Assembly: GCA_051362555.1 (NCBI GenBank)
Contig: CM120640.1
Location: 54,538,788-54,602,787 of the forward strand
DNA: 64,000 nt
Direction: 5' to 3'
Source of the DNA: Lingula anatina
Taxonomy: Eukaryota > Animalia > Brachiopoda
A program made the translations under genes and the position numbers. Positions within the stretch are counted from its first letter, which is position 1. The number at the start of each line of letters is the position of its first letter. The notes under the pieces were generated by a model. It made no database searches and was not told the DNA's origin. It saw nothing but the letters and a program-made list of their open reading frames with translations. Below are positions 1 to 13,373 of the stretch, piece by piece.

Positions 1-203
1 ATCATTTTTCTAAAGGAAGAAGCATGAGATTTGCATGTAAAATGTTTACCTCAGCACACAATGTATACTTGTAAGAAAAAGGCTTTGATCTCAAGACATC
101 TGTGCCACAAGTTCTGCATTACTTCTACATCTATACTGATGAAACTCAACATAACATTTTTGAAAAGTTCTGACTCTCTGAATTGCCTTAAACTGTTTAA
201 TAC

Positions 204-3200
204 CTGTGACTCTATCAAATTCTTGCTGTACAGATTTCTGTCACTGCGTACTGCTTCATACAAGTTCTGCTGCTGTTTAAGCTTGGTTTCTGCCTCGGCA
301 ATTTTCTTTTTGTAGTCAAAAATCTGCATCTCCCTCACTTTGACATCTTCCATGTGTTGCAAAACCTGCATGAAATAGAACAAATCCCATTGAGAAACAC
401 CTATATTTTAATGTTTCTGTTACCTGTAAGTCATTTATCAAAAATACTAAAACCCTTGTTTTGATGGCTTAATTGTAGGCTGTATACGAATCTATACTAT
501 AAAATTAAAATCTGAAACATTGCTCAATTAGAAAAGAAATTGCTCAAGTTGTTGTACCTTTTGAGTCAGGTCACTCGCTTCGTTGATGTAGCGATCTCTC
601 TCCTTTTCCAACTGGTAAATGATCTTTCGCTGCTTCTGAGCTTCCTCTTTATAATTTTGGATCTCCTGTTCAAGGTTCTTCTTGGACTGTTCATGCAGTT
701 TGACCAAGTTATGCTGCTTTTGGGTTGCTGCAGCTGCCTTCAACATATTTTTGTTCAAGATATCTCTTTCTCGCACCAGGTCATCAATAGCCTTTCTGTC
801 TGCTTCTGACTGTTTCTTCAAAGCTTCCAATTCTGTAATGCACAAAAAATAAATAAATAAATTAATTAATTAAATAAATGGGAGCAATATTAGTTTTGAG
901 TCTGTTATTGTAATACCAGGTTATGCCCTTGGCCAGATTGGCCACAATACCTTAATCTGTTTTATTGCAATTCAGGTCAAGATCATTATTATTATTCTTA
1001 CTTATGTTAGTTTGCAAAGTTCTCTAACCTCTTTCTAGGCCAACAATTTGAGATTTGAGGGTTTCCTTCTGCCCTTCAACTTCTCCCTTTGAGTCTTCAA
1101 CATTACGCAGTTTACGCTGAATAGTTTCACGCATCTTGTTCAGTCGACTAGCTTCAGCCTTCAGTGCATTGACCTCATCTTCTTTTTGCTAAATTAATAA
1201 TATGAGAAAAAATTAATAACTGTATTATCAATAAAATTAAATCATTGGACTGATACTATCATAAAGTTTATCTAATTAAATACATATCATGTGAAAATGA
1301 CCTACTTGTATGTATATAATCATACTATATTTTGTATTTTTAACCATAAAATAACAATGAAGAATTAATATTTTTAAAATGATAAAACTAACATTTTGGT
1401 TTCAGGTTACTACTATGCATTTACTTTTATCCCTTTACAGCTAATCCAGAAAAAATAACTTTACCTAGAATATTTTCCCAAAAAAATCTTGATATATTAA
1501 GTACATACCTTCAGGTCAGAAACTTTGGTCTGGTTTTCTGAGGCCAATTGGTCAGCACTGATGAGTTGAGCCTCATAGTCCTGCTGCAACTTCTGGAACC
1601 TGGCATTCAGGATGTCTGAATCTTTGGTGATTCTTTCATTCATAATCTGATATAAAATAAAAAGACATTGAGGGAAGCCATGATAAGCTATAGATCATTT
1701 GTAACAGAAACTAATTTTAAAAAAATACATGGGTCATGCTAGCATTTTTTAATATCAATATCATGTTCTCTAAGTTTGACATTATCGTTCCATATCAAGA
1801 ATACCTGAGTTATAAAAGAACTCACCCTCTGCTCTTTAAGTTGTGCCTCCAACTTAGTGACATCTTGCTTATACCTCTCCAATTGAGCCTGGCTGGTTTT
1901 TATTTCTGAGGCCTTGGCATCAAGATCAGCTCTAGCCTGTTTCAGCTCACGCTCAATTTTGTCCTTTTTACGTGTTTCACGTTGAGCCTCATTGTTGCGA
2001 ACTTGAATGTCTTGTTGAAGCTTAAAAGAAATAATAGCATATCATTGCACATTCTCAATATTTAAACATAACTTGTAGTATGAAAAACTATTTCCATAAC
2101 ATAATGTTTTTTATTTTTATTTTTACAGAAATTCATTTAACTTGATAATTTATACATTTCGATTTTTGAAAGTTTTAATTGTGGTTCACCAATACCTCAG
2201 TTATTTTCATGTTACAGTCTTCTTTGTCTGCCTCCAGTTTCTGTTGTTCATTTGATGCTTGTGCCAGTTGTTCTCTAACTTTGACAATTTCAGACAACAA
2301 GTCATCCCTTTCCTTGGTCAACTCTTCCTTAATTTTTAGGAGTTCATTTACACTGAAAGATAAAAGGAAAGAAACATGAAGCAGTTAGTTTGAAATAATA
2401 CATGGTGGTCAGTACTAAGTCACTGTATATCACTGGGAAGTAGGAGTCATTTAAGCACAAAAGCAAATGGACCCCCAAAGTTCACCTTGGAAACCCCTGA
2501 TCATAGTTGCTTTACACTTATTTTATAAACCTGTAGGTATATGAAATCCCTAAATTAAATGCACATGAAGTATATTTTCTTAATAATTTCTTTCTGTGTA
2601 TTAAATGAATGAATGAATGAAAAAGAAGCCATTTCAGTCAACTCATTATGGGATAAACCCCTACCTGTGTTCCTGTCCAACAGTAAGACCAGCACCCTGC
2701 TCAACAAGTTTACTTAAATTTTCTATTTCCAATTTTAATGACTGTATTGTTTCTCTCGCTCTTTGTTCTTTTTCGTGTGCAGAGTCTACCATCTTCCAAG
2801 CTTTTTCTATCTCCTACAATATGAAAAAAAAGCAGATATTTAAACAAATTCGACATTATCTGAATATCTGTGTTATATCTGGTATATGTTCACATTTAAC
2901 TTAATTTTTCTCATACATTTAAACAGTTTTTTTGTTTTGGTTATATAATTTAGGGATTTGTAATACAAATAGTCAAAGGACTTCATCTGTACCTTTCTCA
3001 ATGATGCAATGGTTGCTTGGTCTTCCTGGGACAGCTTCAAAGCAGTGGACACTTTGGCAGCATTGGCAACTATTTCTGCATTCAACTCTCGACATTTCTG
3101 CATCAAACGCTTCTCACTTTCATGGGACTTCTTCAAAGCTTTGTGAAGCTTTTCATATTCAGTTTTGAATTTGTCTAAACTTTTATCTCCCATTAACTCT

Positions 3201-3912
3201 TGGAGAACCTAAAGATAAAATATGCAGTGTCTTTCAAACATGATCAATGTTTATGTGTTTGATACATGATATTCGAAATTATATGATTGATACATGTCTT
3301 TCAAAATTATATGATTTTTGATATGTTTACATTTGGGCTACCTACCTCTTGGAAGTCCTTTTCCAGTGCTTCAAAAGCACTGTCATCAATGGACACCTTC
3401 TCCCCTCCCTTGTCTTTTGGGGCCTCTTTCTTTTCCTAAGCAAATAAAAAATATATATATACCTGTAATAGATCACTAATGATCTAAAATGATGAAAATA
3501 AGAATGTTCTCATAAAATTATCAAAAATCACTGTCCTTACTTAATAACAAACCATCAATGAAACAAATCCACATACTGACATTATTTAATACAAATTAAT
3601 GGATTTTTGACAGCAGAAATTAGAAAAAAGTAGCAATTTCTTTCTTATTTTAGTCTGCATATATCGGTCTGTAACACTCATTGACTCATTTGCATATAAT
3701 CTAAGCATGTATGAGACAGAAGGAAAACCACTTTGGTGGTAAAAGGCAAACTTAATTTGGTTATATTTTTATGATCGAGTCACACTTTCTTAAAACATAT
3801 ATCAGTCACTGACTTTTCATCAATGTGCAGGGAATGGAGCAGTCCTCAAGATGAAAAACATTACAGGGACAAGTTTGGTAGATCATACCCATGGTCAGGG
3901 CTAGGATTTTTA

Positions 3913-3970
<58 letters not shown>

Positions 3971-4352
3971 TCTAAGGCTGGGGTTTTTACTGGTAAGTGA
4001 TATTCCAGAGTCAGGATATCAAGTTTTTCACAAATACATGTATGACAAGTTTACTGCAAAGTCATGTACAAAAAGTTGAACAATCACTTCTCTTGAGAAT
4101 TAAATTTACAACCTAGCCCTAGTGCTGAGAGTTACCATACGTAGCACTACTAGCTAGTACTGGAGCAGTAGCACTGACTCTAACACTAACAGCAATGAAA
4201 TAACAGGAAAAATTGTTGCCTCTCGCTTCACATCGAAATAATTGTTCCTTTGTATGAAAAATTTTAAGACATTAAGATAGTTAATTTAAAATTAAGACAA
4301 ATTCTTATCACTAGTACTCAATATATTGAAAAACATACCATACCTCAGACAT
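204..4352 (-). CDS. CFAP58: Cilia- and flagella-associated protein 58 (CCDC147), 5' ten coding exons; gene continues off the left edge
   Basis: GT-AG, phase-consistent exons 4352-4344, 3435-3346, 3208-2993, 2813-2665, 2352-2196, 2020-1826, 1646-1509, 1188-1029, 832-558, 365-204. Translation MSE|EKKEAPK..SAFEALEKDFQE|VLQELMGDKSLDKFKTEYEKLH..RELNAEIVANAAKV..|EIEKAWKMVDSA..KLKQQQNLYEAVRSDRNLYSKNLIESQ matches vertebrate CFAP58 as recalled. Confidence 0.96.
3913..3969. repeat. (TTA)n microsatellite in CFAP58 intron 1
   Basis: Perfect trinucleotide run. Confidence 0.95.
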
Positions 4353-4422
4353 AGCTAAAATGTTGAACCTTCAATATATCAGTCTGTGTTGGTCTGTCTG
4401 TTCGGCTCTATTTACATCCGCC

Positions 4423-4436
4423 GTTGTCAAGGTGAC
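4423..4436 (-). promoter_or_regulatory. RFX X-box-like motif upstream of CFAP58
   Basis: Minus-strand GTCACCTTGACAAC fits the X-box consensus GTNRCC-N(0-3)-RRNAAC, ~70 bp upstream of the ATG of a ciliary gene, inside a CpG-retaining patch (~4400-4770). Confidence 0.65.
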
Positions 4437-5836
4437 ATATTTGGCTCAAACAGCATCGCGCCAGCTTAGATATTTTCCTCATCTTAAATAATATACAATT
4501 AAAACACACATTTTCTCAAGATATTATTCTAAAATTTGCACATTTTTTCCCTTTATTAGGAAATTTAAGCTTACAATAATTGCACTATTTTTTTGTATCA
4601 CTCCGCACCTTGAAAATCGTCAATATCGCCACCTATCGAGCCGTTGTTCATATCTTCCGCGGGATTGATTTGTAATACAGACCACAAGAATTCACAGGTG
4701 GGTGCAGAATCAGGCAGCTACGCAGGTGTTCAGTTACTGTTTTGTATAGATAGGTGATATCTAAACTGCCGCAGTTCAGACTATTCACTTTTTTGCTGAC
4801 GTTCTTGATAAATTCAGGAAATGCATTTTTTTTCGTCTTCTTTTTTTACTTTCTTAAAATGAATGCTTTATTTGAAAATTGAGATTGAAGTCATTTAGTA
4901 AGTTTAAGCTTTACAATGCTAGTGACTGGGTAGTCTGAAATCTCTTGATAAATTGGGTGCTTAAGTATTTGCTTTAATCTATTTAATTTAACTGTTGCCC
5001 TCCACACGAGTAAGGGACTTTAAGTTTTGGGTTTTGTTTTGTTTTACTACCTGCAATGCACTTCTCCATGCATTCACGAAATTCATGTATAAGTACTTCT
5101 TTTGACGATTTTGATGTGTGCATGTGATGCATGAAAGCAAAGGCTCCCAAAAATGTAAAATGCAGACCAGTTTGCACACCAACAGGAGCTCTCAAATTTA
5201 TTTCTTACCTTTAATCTCCACAACTTGCATACTCTTCTGAAGCCAACTTGCAACGTGCATGAGTACAAATGTATGTTCCCTCTTTTGCAGAACTTCTCAG
5301 AAATACTTGAATAAGTACCTACATAAGTTACCAATAGATGCATAAGTAATTGCAATTGTGTAAAAAATTCACATTCTGTAATTATATATAAACAATCCAT
5401 CTGAATTTCTTTTTGTAATGATTTTGGTGACCTTATAGTGACCTTATGTGGCGAATTAAAGAGCATTGTGTGAAATTAATGGCATAACTGCATGGCTACC
5501 TTTTCTGGGCCATTTTTTTCCCATCAATTAATTGCAGGTTTGAGAGTGAAAGTGCACATATTTTCCAACGAGAGTTGCATGGTGAAACATTTACTTCTAA
5601 ATTTTATATCTCGCTGTTTGTTGCTTCCACTAACTCTTGCACCATTTGAAAGTTTTTACTGCAATTGCAACCCTTTTATATCATTCAGTGCCTGAAACCA
5701 TCCAAGCTCAATTGATTCCTTAAAAGAAAAATGTCAACCACCTAGACCAGTCAACCACCTAGACTGGAAAAGGTCCACTCTAGATGAAAATTTGAACTAG
5801 GTTCTATGGCATTTTTTTTTTAAATTGGGTCAATTA

Positions 5837-6801
5837 CAGGCACTATAAATGAAATTGCCATTTGTGACTTGGAGCTAAGAATTACTAACTTTAAGTGGCA
5901 GATTAATGACTTAGAACTGTGATTTCATGTTCAGATTGTATAATTAAGACTCCAAGCATCATGTTGCTAACTTCATACCACAAGCTCCCTCACCTGCCCA
6001 TGGGTTACTTTCCTTATGTGTTGGAGATTATCAAAAGCTCATTACTCCTGTATTGAACCTTAGTATGAATAGTAGATTGTTAAAATACATCACATTGATC
6101 CATTTTGAAGTATTTTTTTAAATTTAATTTATTTTTAATGAGATAATTCCTAGAAAATAGAAAAAAAAATGCAAGTTGTTGTAAAAGTTTGTTGAAGGAG
6201 TTTTTACTTTTGCCCTACTTGTCAACTGTTCTTTGGTCATAGCTATGTAAACTATGGGCTTATAAGTATTTTCCACATCACATATTTCATGTAGTCCAAG
6301 CATTGTGTGCGCAAAGAATATCATTTCCATCCTTCAAATTCTGTCTGTAATGCCCGAGTCTCTTTACTGGGTGGGTCTTGCAACAGATGTTAAAAAGCTT
6401 ATCCCTTTCACAAATAATGGAGAGCCATTAGAAAAAAAATACTCTTTTTCGCAGTGAAATCTCTGAAAGCTGTAACATGTAGTTCCTTGTGTCTTCCATC
6501 ACTCTGAAAATTGTAGTTTGCGGTATTGAGAAAAGAACCCATGAATTATGACACAGTTGAGGCAGTATTTTAAGGTCAAAGGCACCTCACTTGTGGCACT
6601 ATGTGTAAAGACTGTAAATTGCAAGGCCTGGGTGAAAGCCAGTCAAATCCTTACAAATTGTTTAAAGTCAGGAATGTGATGCTCTTGAGTCATTGATACA
6701 ATCAGAACGTGAAACTGTAGCACCAAGCTATTAATTCAGTAATAAAAGTCCCTAGTTTGTTGTTTTAGGTCACAAATGACATTTATCATTTATGAGGCCT
6801 G
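5837..6801. repeat. Pair of old, diverged ~150-bp repeats in inverted orientation (about 5837-5980 and 6660-6801)
   Basis: caggcactataaatgaaattgccatttgtgac..ttcatgttcagattgtat..agcatca aligns with the reverse complement of 6660-6801 (caggcctcataaatgataaatgtcatttgtgac..ttcacgttctgattgtat..agcatca); probably decayed MITE copies. Confidence 0.5.
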
Positions 6802-8694
6802 AACTAAGGGGGGAGTAAGATCCCCTTCTTTTCAACAGAAGACCCCTCCCCCTTTTGAACTTGATTGCTACAGGTCTGCTACAAAAGGCATTGCATATTC
6901 ATTATCATTGGCACCACATAGAGCCATGGTCAGTTAGTCACTAATCATCATACAAAGGGGATAACTGTTAGGAAATTGGCCGTCATATACTGGAATGGTA
7001 ACAGACATTTTACCTTGTGCATTAATTGCATGAAAAAATGAGAAGTTCATGCTGTACACCTTGCAGTGTGGCAAGAGTACCCAGTACTTATTAGTTTTTT
7101 TTTTTATCCATTATTTTCACAGCAACCTTACTGTTATAGTATAAAGTCATATACTCAAATAAAATAAGATTTATGAGGTTTTATGGAGGGAGACAGATTT
7201 TCATGATGAAAATCTGACTGGAGAGTCACCTTTTAGGGGTGTCAGATTTTCATGATACAATAACATAGGGCCTTTTGCAAATTATAAATGCAATACAAAA
7301 TCAATCAATAACTTCTTCTTTCTTACGTATGGAAGAATCTCGTCTCCTTCCCACCAACTAGCCCCACACAATACCACCTTCCTTAACAATCTCAATTATG
7401 CCAGATAAGTTTGTGGATACAGTTTGCATTCAACCAACATACTTAATATCTTAAGTAATTAATTCAGTAATGTAATCAATCTGTAAAGATAGTGCACTGT
7501 TTGTCTGAAATTGTGCTGTAGGTTGGAATGAAGATCTATGAGATAAAAAATTTTGATGATTGTAATTTATTCTTCTCTTTTCATGTATTAAGGTTTACCT
7601 GGACCAACAGCAGTGTAATATATCATAGGGAAAACATTTTATGAATGTTTGGTTACCTCCATATTGTTCATTCCGTCTCAGGCCCAGCCCTGCATTGCAG
7701 TTTGCAGTGCTGTTATTGTTGCCATATTTGCAAGTATAATTAGGCAAGTTAGCTAGTGTCTCAAGGCTCCCCTGTGCAATTGTTTGATAATGTCATTCTC
7801 AGGTTAACATGGTTGTATTTCAGAGCCTATAGCTATTAGCACTTTCTTGTTATGTTTTGTCAATTGTCTGTATGTGCAATTTTTCTTTACCAATTAAATG
7901 TTTAGCACTGTAACAACTATCCTTGTCAAAATTAACTCAGATTTTATTTTTTTTCACTTCATTAAAACTTTTTTTACATTGATTGGGTTAGGTTTTATAT
8001 GCTGACATGACCCTTATTATATAGCTTATGAAACTGATGTGTTTGCTCTGGCACAGTTCTTCATTTGGTCATGGGTATAAAAGGAATATATGTATATCAA
8101 TGTGCTCTTCCCCTAAGTAAAAAGAGTACTTAGTACAAAAAAGACCTTTTCCATATTTTAGTCGCACTTCACATTTTTATATGCCAGCATGACCAGGGGA
8201 TTGAATTATATAAACTACGTTTGAGATACAATGGGGGTTGACAGCCACGCATAGCAAGAGTGTTATTAAATACAGCCATATTTGTATTTTAGACATTTTT
8301 ATACTGATGACATATAAAAGAAAACACCAAGCTTAGAGATACCTAATATGACTTAATGCTTCAAGAGCAGAAGTAAACCTGGACCAGCCAGTCTGCCCTC
8401 ACCAGTGTGAGTATGACATGATTATGTGACTGAAAAAAAAATGAAACTTTATAACATATTTTATAATGTCAGGCTCTTAAATGTGTTATCAGTTCAAGAG
8501 ATTCGCTACATGGTATCATTGTCAATATAAAGTTGTTAAGAAAACATAAGGCAGCATTTTCATTGGCGTTTTGTTATTTAGTGAACACAACAGTGGAAGG
8601 ATTTTTTAAGGTCAAAGGCACCTCACATGCGGTACTATTTTATTGATTGATCTCCTGAAATACCCTATAGAAATCTACACATAATTGCTTACAG

Positions 8695-8838
8695 AAGTGG
8701 AGCTGTGGTAGAGGAAAAGGGAGCAGCAGAGCTTTTAGTGGAAGAAGTGTAGCGTATGGTGGGAATTGCCGTGTTAGACCACAGAAACTGCTCTGGATCT
8801 GGAAAGAAATTCAGTAGCAACACAGCAGTTCTCTACAG
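8695..8838 (+). other. Candidate non-coding 5' UTR exon of SLC22-A
   Basis: 144-nt purine-rich block bounded by ttgcttacAG and CAG|GTAAAT; no transcript evidence. Confidence 0.3.
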
Positions 8839-9437
8839 GTAAATATTGCCATTGTTTTATATCAAGCTGAGGACATTTGATGTAGGTGATGTTTCTCCTG
8901 CTTAGGTTAGTTTAGACTGCAAGCATAGGAGTATTGATTTCACACAAAGACTAATTGTGAAATATGTTTTCTCTGCATGGAATATTAACCTTCTATTGTT
9001 ATGTTCAGAAATTAAGAAAATTATCAGTGCACCGTGACTTTGTTATAGCAACCTTTGACAGATTTCATATTTGAGAAATGGGAAAAAAGAACTCATCACT
9101 GCTGTTTGTTTGTGGATAGAAAAATACCCAAGTCTGCATTTTTATTCACAGAAGTAGTAATATACTAAAACATAGTTGCAAAAGTTAGTGGTACTCAAAA
9201 TTCTATTAAGATTACCTGAGATGTGTACCTTTGTGATTCAGCATAGATTGAAATTTTTATACCTGGGGGCAAATCTGAGAAAGGCTGCATATAACAAATA
9301 TTGTGAAGAAATGGGGTATTGGTCTTGTGCAGGCATGTGTCTACCAGCAAGAGTTTGTCCTGTTTGAAAACTTAAACTGAGCTTGAAAGATCGGTGCTGG
9401 ACATTTTATTAATAGTGTGCCTGTAAATAATTTTGTT

Positions 9438-9440
<3 letters not shown>

Positions 9441-9510
<70 letters not shown>
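9441..9510. repeat. (TC)n microsatellite
   Basis: Perfect dinucleotide run. Confidence 0.95.
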
Positions 9511-9513
<3 letters not shown>

Positions 9514-10712
9514 CAAAATGCTTAATTGGTACCACCTTGTTCAGTTAAGTAAACACGAACCCTTTTAAAGTTTATTTGCACACCTGGTGGCTTGATGGTG
9601 ATGAGATTTACGTGTGTAAGTGGACAGTTTATATTGTTGATACATCAAGGTGAACAGTTCATCACTAAACTAAAAAAATGTACACTTTTGAGAAGAAAAT
9701 AAAAAACAGAAGGTGCATAGAAGTAAATCAAGAGCAAAGTGCATTTTTACAATCAGGACAAATAGTATAAATGTGATTAATGCAATGCAGATACAAAGTG
9801 TTGTTTCCAATTTACTTTAGGGGTGGGGGGGGGGCATTGCAAACTTAATGAAAATTTTTGAGGCTATAATATAATAGCTAGTTGGAATGTGAGTTGTCTG
9901 GATAGATCAGAGAACACAGCCAGGGTACATGCATATTTATTTTTGGTCAAGAAGGTGCCAGGCACTGTTCTTTTGGGTAGGATTGAGAGAAATAGTTTGG
10001 AAAAAGTCTTTCATTTGGGTCATTAAGTCTTTCATTTTGGTCATGCAATCATATTTTAGTTGACTGCAATCCACTTTTTTTTACTAATGTGAATGGTAAC
10101 AAAGTTCAAATGGGGAATAACAATTCTGTTCTGATCAAGGTACAAGGTATTATACAGAAAAATAAAAAAAAATTTAGCTCAAAAAGGATGCTTATTACTT
10201 GTGCTAAAGGTATAGTATGGCCAATCAAAATTCTGTAGCAATGAATGAATAATTTATGGAAGCAAGAACATCTGAGGGCAGTAGTTTTCTTTTGGCTTCC
10301 ACAAAACTTTGCTAAAACTTTCTGAAATTCATTTTTATTTTTCCTATTGATGATTTTCATTTCCCTCCCCCCCCCCCCCCCCCCCACTCTTAACACCAAA
10401 TTATTTGAGTCTTGCTTGATTTTAACCTTGTACTGTAAATCTAGTCAACTTCTTGTTTGTATGTCAATGAAAGGATCATTTACGTATTATTCATACATGA
10501 CAGTTTTTTTCTTAGGTACTTATGCCATCATACCATTATTTTTGTTTTGCATGATATCAGGGCTCACACAGGCCCCTTAAATTCCTGGAAAACCCTTGGA
10601 ATTTTATGATTATAAAATGTCATATTCAACTGTTTTGCAACATGTGTCTCAAATTAGGTGTATCAGTTGCCAAAACTATGTGAAGCTCACCAGTTCTGTT
10701 GACAGTATGTAA

Positions 10713-11099
10713 AGCACCCTGCACACGGTGAGCAATTGGTGCACCACTTGTGCTGCGCTGTTTTCTCACCGTTTGCGGGGGTATTTTGGTGAGATTTTTG
10801 CCTCTCGCGCAGCTGAGCAAAATATCCCTTTGTTTGATATTTTTGGCCTCTTGAGGCAAATGACTCAGTGTGTGTGTGGGGTCCATTTTCCATTACTTTC
10901 AGAAATAAAACTAATATGTAATGTTTCCTTAATCACATGATCCCACAGTTCACAGTGCGTCCGATAGGGGCAGACCGGGAGGCACCTCTACTGAGCAAAG
11001 AGTGCAGCGTTTGCAGGGAGCTGATGAGCGCGAGCATCTGGCGCAGCACAAGTGGCTTGCGCCAATTGCTCACCGTGTGCGGGGTTCTTAATGGGTTAA
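10713..11099. mobile_element. piggyBac-like non-autonomous remnant with one intact end
   Basis: ~40-bp imperfect inverted repeats (gcacacggtgagcaattgg..ccacttgtgctgcgc at 10721-10758 versus 11041-11080); right end is GGG|TTAA; CpG-rich relative to flanks. Confidence 0.55.
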
Positions 11100-13373
11100 A
11101 TTTATATTGGATAGTCATTGCTTAAAATGCTAAAAACAGATCAGTACAAGTTTCATCGGCTGATGCCAGTGGAGCCATGTGTGCACACAAGGAAGCACGA
11201 CAAGGCTTTTTCCAGCGAACTGTACAGCCATCATCTTGATGGCTGCTTGTACACCGGACATCCGATATTTTCAAAGACAGCCAGACTGCTTACAAATTTT
11301 ATGAAAATACACAACCCAACATTAAGAAAACATTAAGAAAAATGTTTAGAATACAGGTAAAGTGTTAGCATTTTGAGCAAGATGTAAAGGAAATTTTGAT
11401 ATCATTAGCGATCTGGGTGAGACAAGAAGGCAAGTTTCATATTCATTTAAAGGAATAGCAACTGTTCATTTTGGAAAAAAAGGATTTTTCTTTCCTATAC
11501 TTGCCAAAATCCATTCCGACATTCAAAGTAAGTCTTTTTTTTTTTTGTAACAATCTCTCTAAGAGGTCTCTCTATGTGGTCTGATGGCTAGGACAGATTC
11601 AAGATTAATCACTATAACTACTGTTTTGGTGGTCCCTGCAAAAACAAAATTTATTCACATATCAGGCTGAGATAGTAACACCTGAGTAATAAGTGCTGAA
11701 TGATAATTTGGCATCACCTGCTCTGGCAGCTTGGACTGCAACCAAAATGGAAACTACATAAGATAAGTCTTCAATTGAAATTTATTTTTATATTGTTTTT
11801 TTTATATATTTATTTCCACTCTGCCCCACCCCTCTTTTTTCAATTTAATGCATTTGTCAGCTGACAAGTTTGCACAAAATGCAGGAGCTTCAAGAAAGAT
11901 ATCATTTGTCATAAAATCAAATAGCTTGAGGAAATCGGCAAAGGAGAAGGGAAAGCAGTTTTGTTTAACCATTGGTCCATCTGTCTGTTTGCAGTCTACA
12001 AGACTGACATCTAGCAGAATTTAGTAACAACATTTTCCCTGTATTGTAAATTAAAATGCACCTGAAAAATCCTGGAAAAACATTTTTCACTGTATGAACC
12101 CCAATTTTTGTATTACTTTTATATGGCAAATATTTTTGCAATCATACCATTTTCAGTTTTTAATGACATTTTTCATATAAAAACTTTTATGCAGTCACTG
12201 GATAATATAATTTAAATTGCAGGGGAAAATTCTAATAAATTCTGCTTTTTTGTCATACAACAGTTCATAAAGGACTGTTTAAAAATTGGCAATTTTAGAA
12301 CTTTTTTTGCTCAAAAGAAGTACCTATCAAATTACTACATTTTGGCTGTCTGACCTATTATATAAACTCTAAAGATATCGTATTGACTGTTACTTGAATT
12401 TAATTCTCCTTAGAATATATGGTCAAATGACTTGTTTTTGGCGACTTTTATGAAAATATTTGTCTTTGGTATGATTTTGTGGGAGTGTTATTTATGACCA
12501 AGAATAGAAATGCACTGTTTTCTTGCAATTTACTTTAGAGACTTGTCCATTGTATTCTGATTTTTGCTCGTTACACATGCTGCTTCCAAACTATGGCATT
12601 TGCATGTGATGTGTATTCAATAGTTATGCCCATTACAATCTGGCTTTTACTGTTGTCCTTCATAATAGTCCAGTGATTTTGAGCTTCGTTGAACCTATAC
12701 CTTCTACAGGTTTAAATAAACAAGCTGTACTAGAATCAGCATCAGATTTACAGCACGTGTTCGGGAATCAGGTTAAGAAGGTGGGTGATGAGGAAAAGAT
12801 CTGGTTTAAAATCCGCTTTAAACAGGGAAATAATTTCTAAGTTTGGGGGAAAAATATGTGTAATTACTAAGTTACAGTGTAAGATATTTGGGAATGTTGA
12901 TTTTTACAGTTTCTCTCTCATATTTGGGCTGTGTGTCTTTGTGTAACATGCCAGTTCAATATATCTCCATGACATTAATTATGTTGAGATCATTATTAAA
13001 ATGCTCAGGGCACCCTACCAGTTGTAAGGACTACAAAGAATTTCCACTCCATTATTGATTTTCTTCTGTGGTAACTGGATGCAATTATTAAGTGGGTAGT
13101 TAATGATCGTCAGACAGCCTCTTGAGGATGGGTCAGGCTGTAGAGGGGGCAATATGTATATATCCAGTGGCTGTCAAACTAGATTAATATTGCATTTTCC
13201 CCTGAGAACTAGCTTGCTATCTTGACATTGAAAAATGATAATAAGAAATAAGATAGTTCTAAGCACTTTTTATGTACAGACACAGATGTGTCTGTACATA
13301 TAGCCATCATCTGCGTCTGTCGTCGCCGTCACCGTCGTCGCTGTCGCCGTCGTCGCCGTCGCCGTGCACTTTT

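Noticed and set aside
540-3168. Plus-strand ORFs overlapping CFAP58
   Set aside because: Antisense shadows of coiled-coil coding exons.
3891-4079. Poly-Leu ORF as a signal-peptide protein (likewise the YI-repeat ORFs at 17338-17881 and poly-F/K ORFs at 44354-44594)
   Set aside because: Translations of microsatellites and homopolymers.
11118-11360. 72-aa ORF with internal hairpin cagccatca-tct-tgatggctg and a downstream donor-like site
   Set aside because: No recognisable protein similarity or good acceptor; it abuts a TE remnant.
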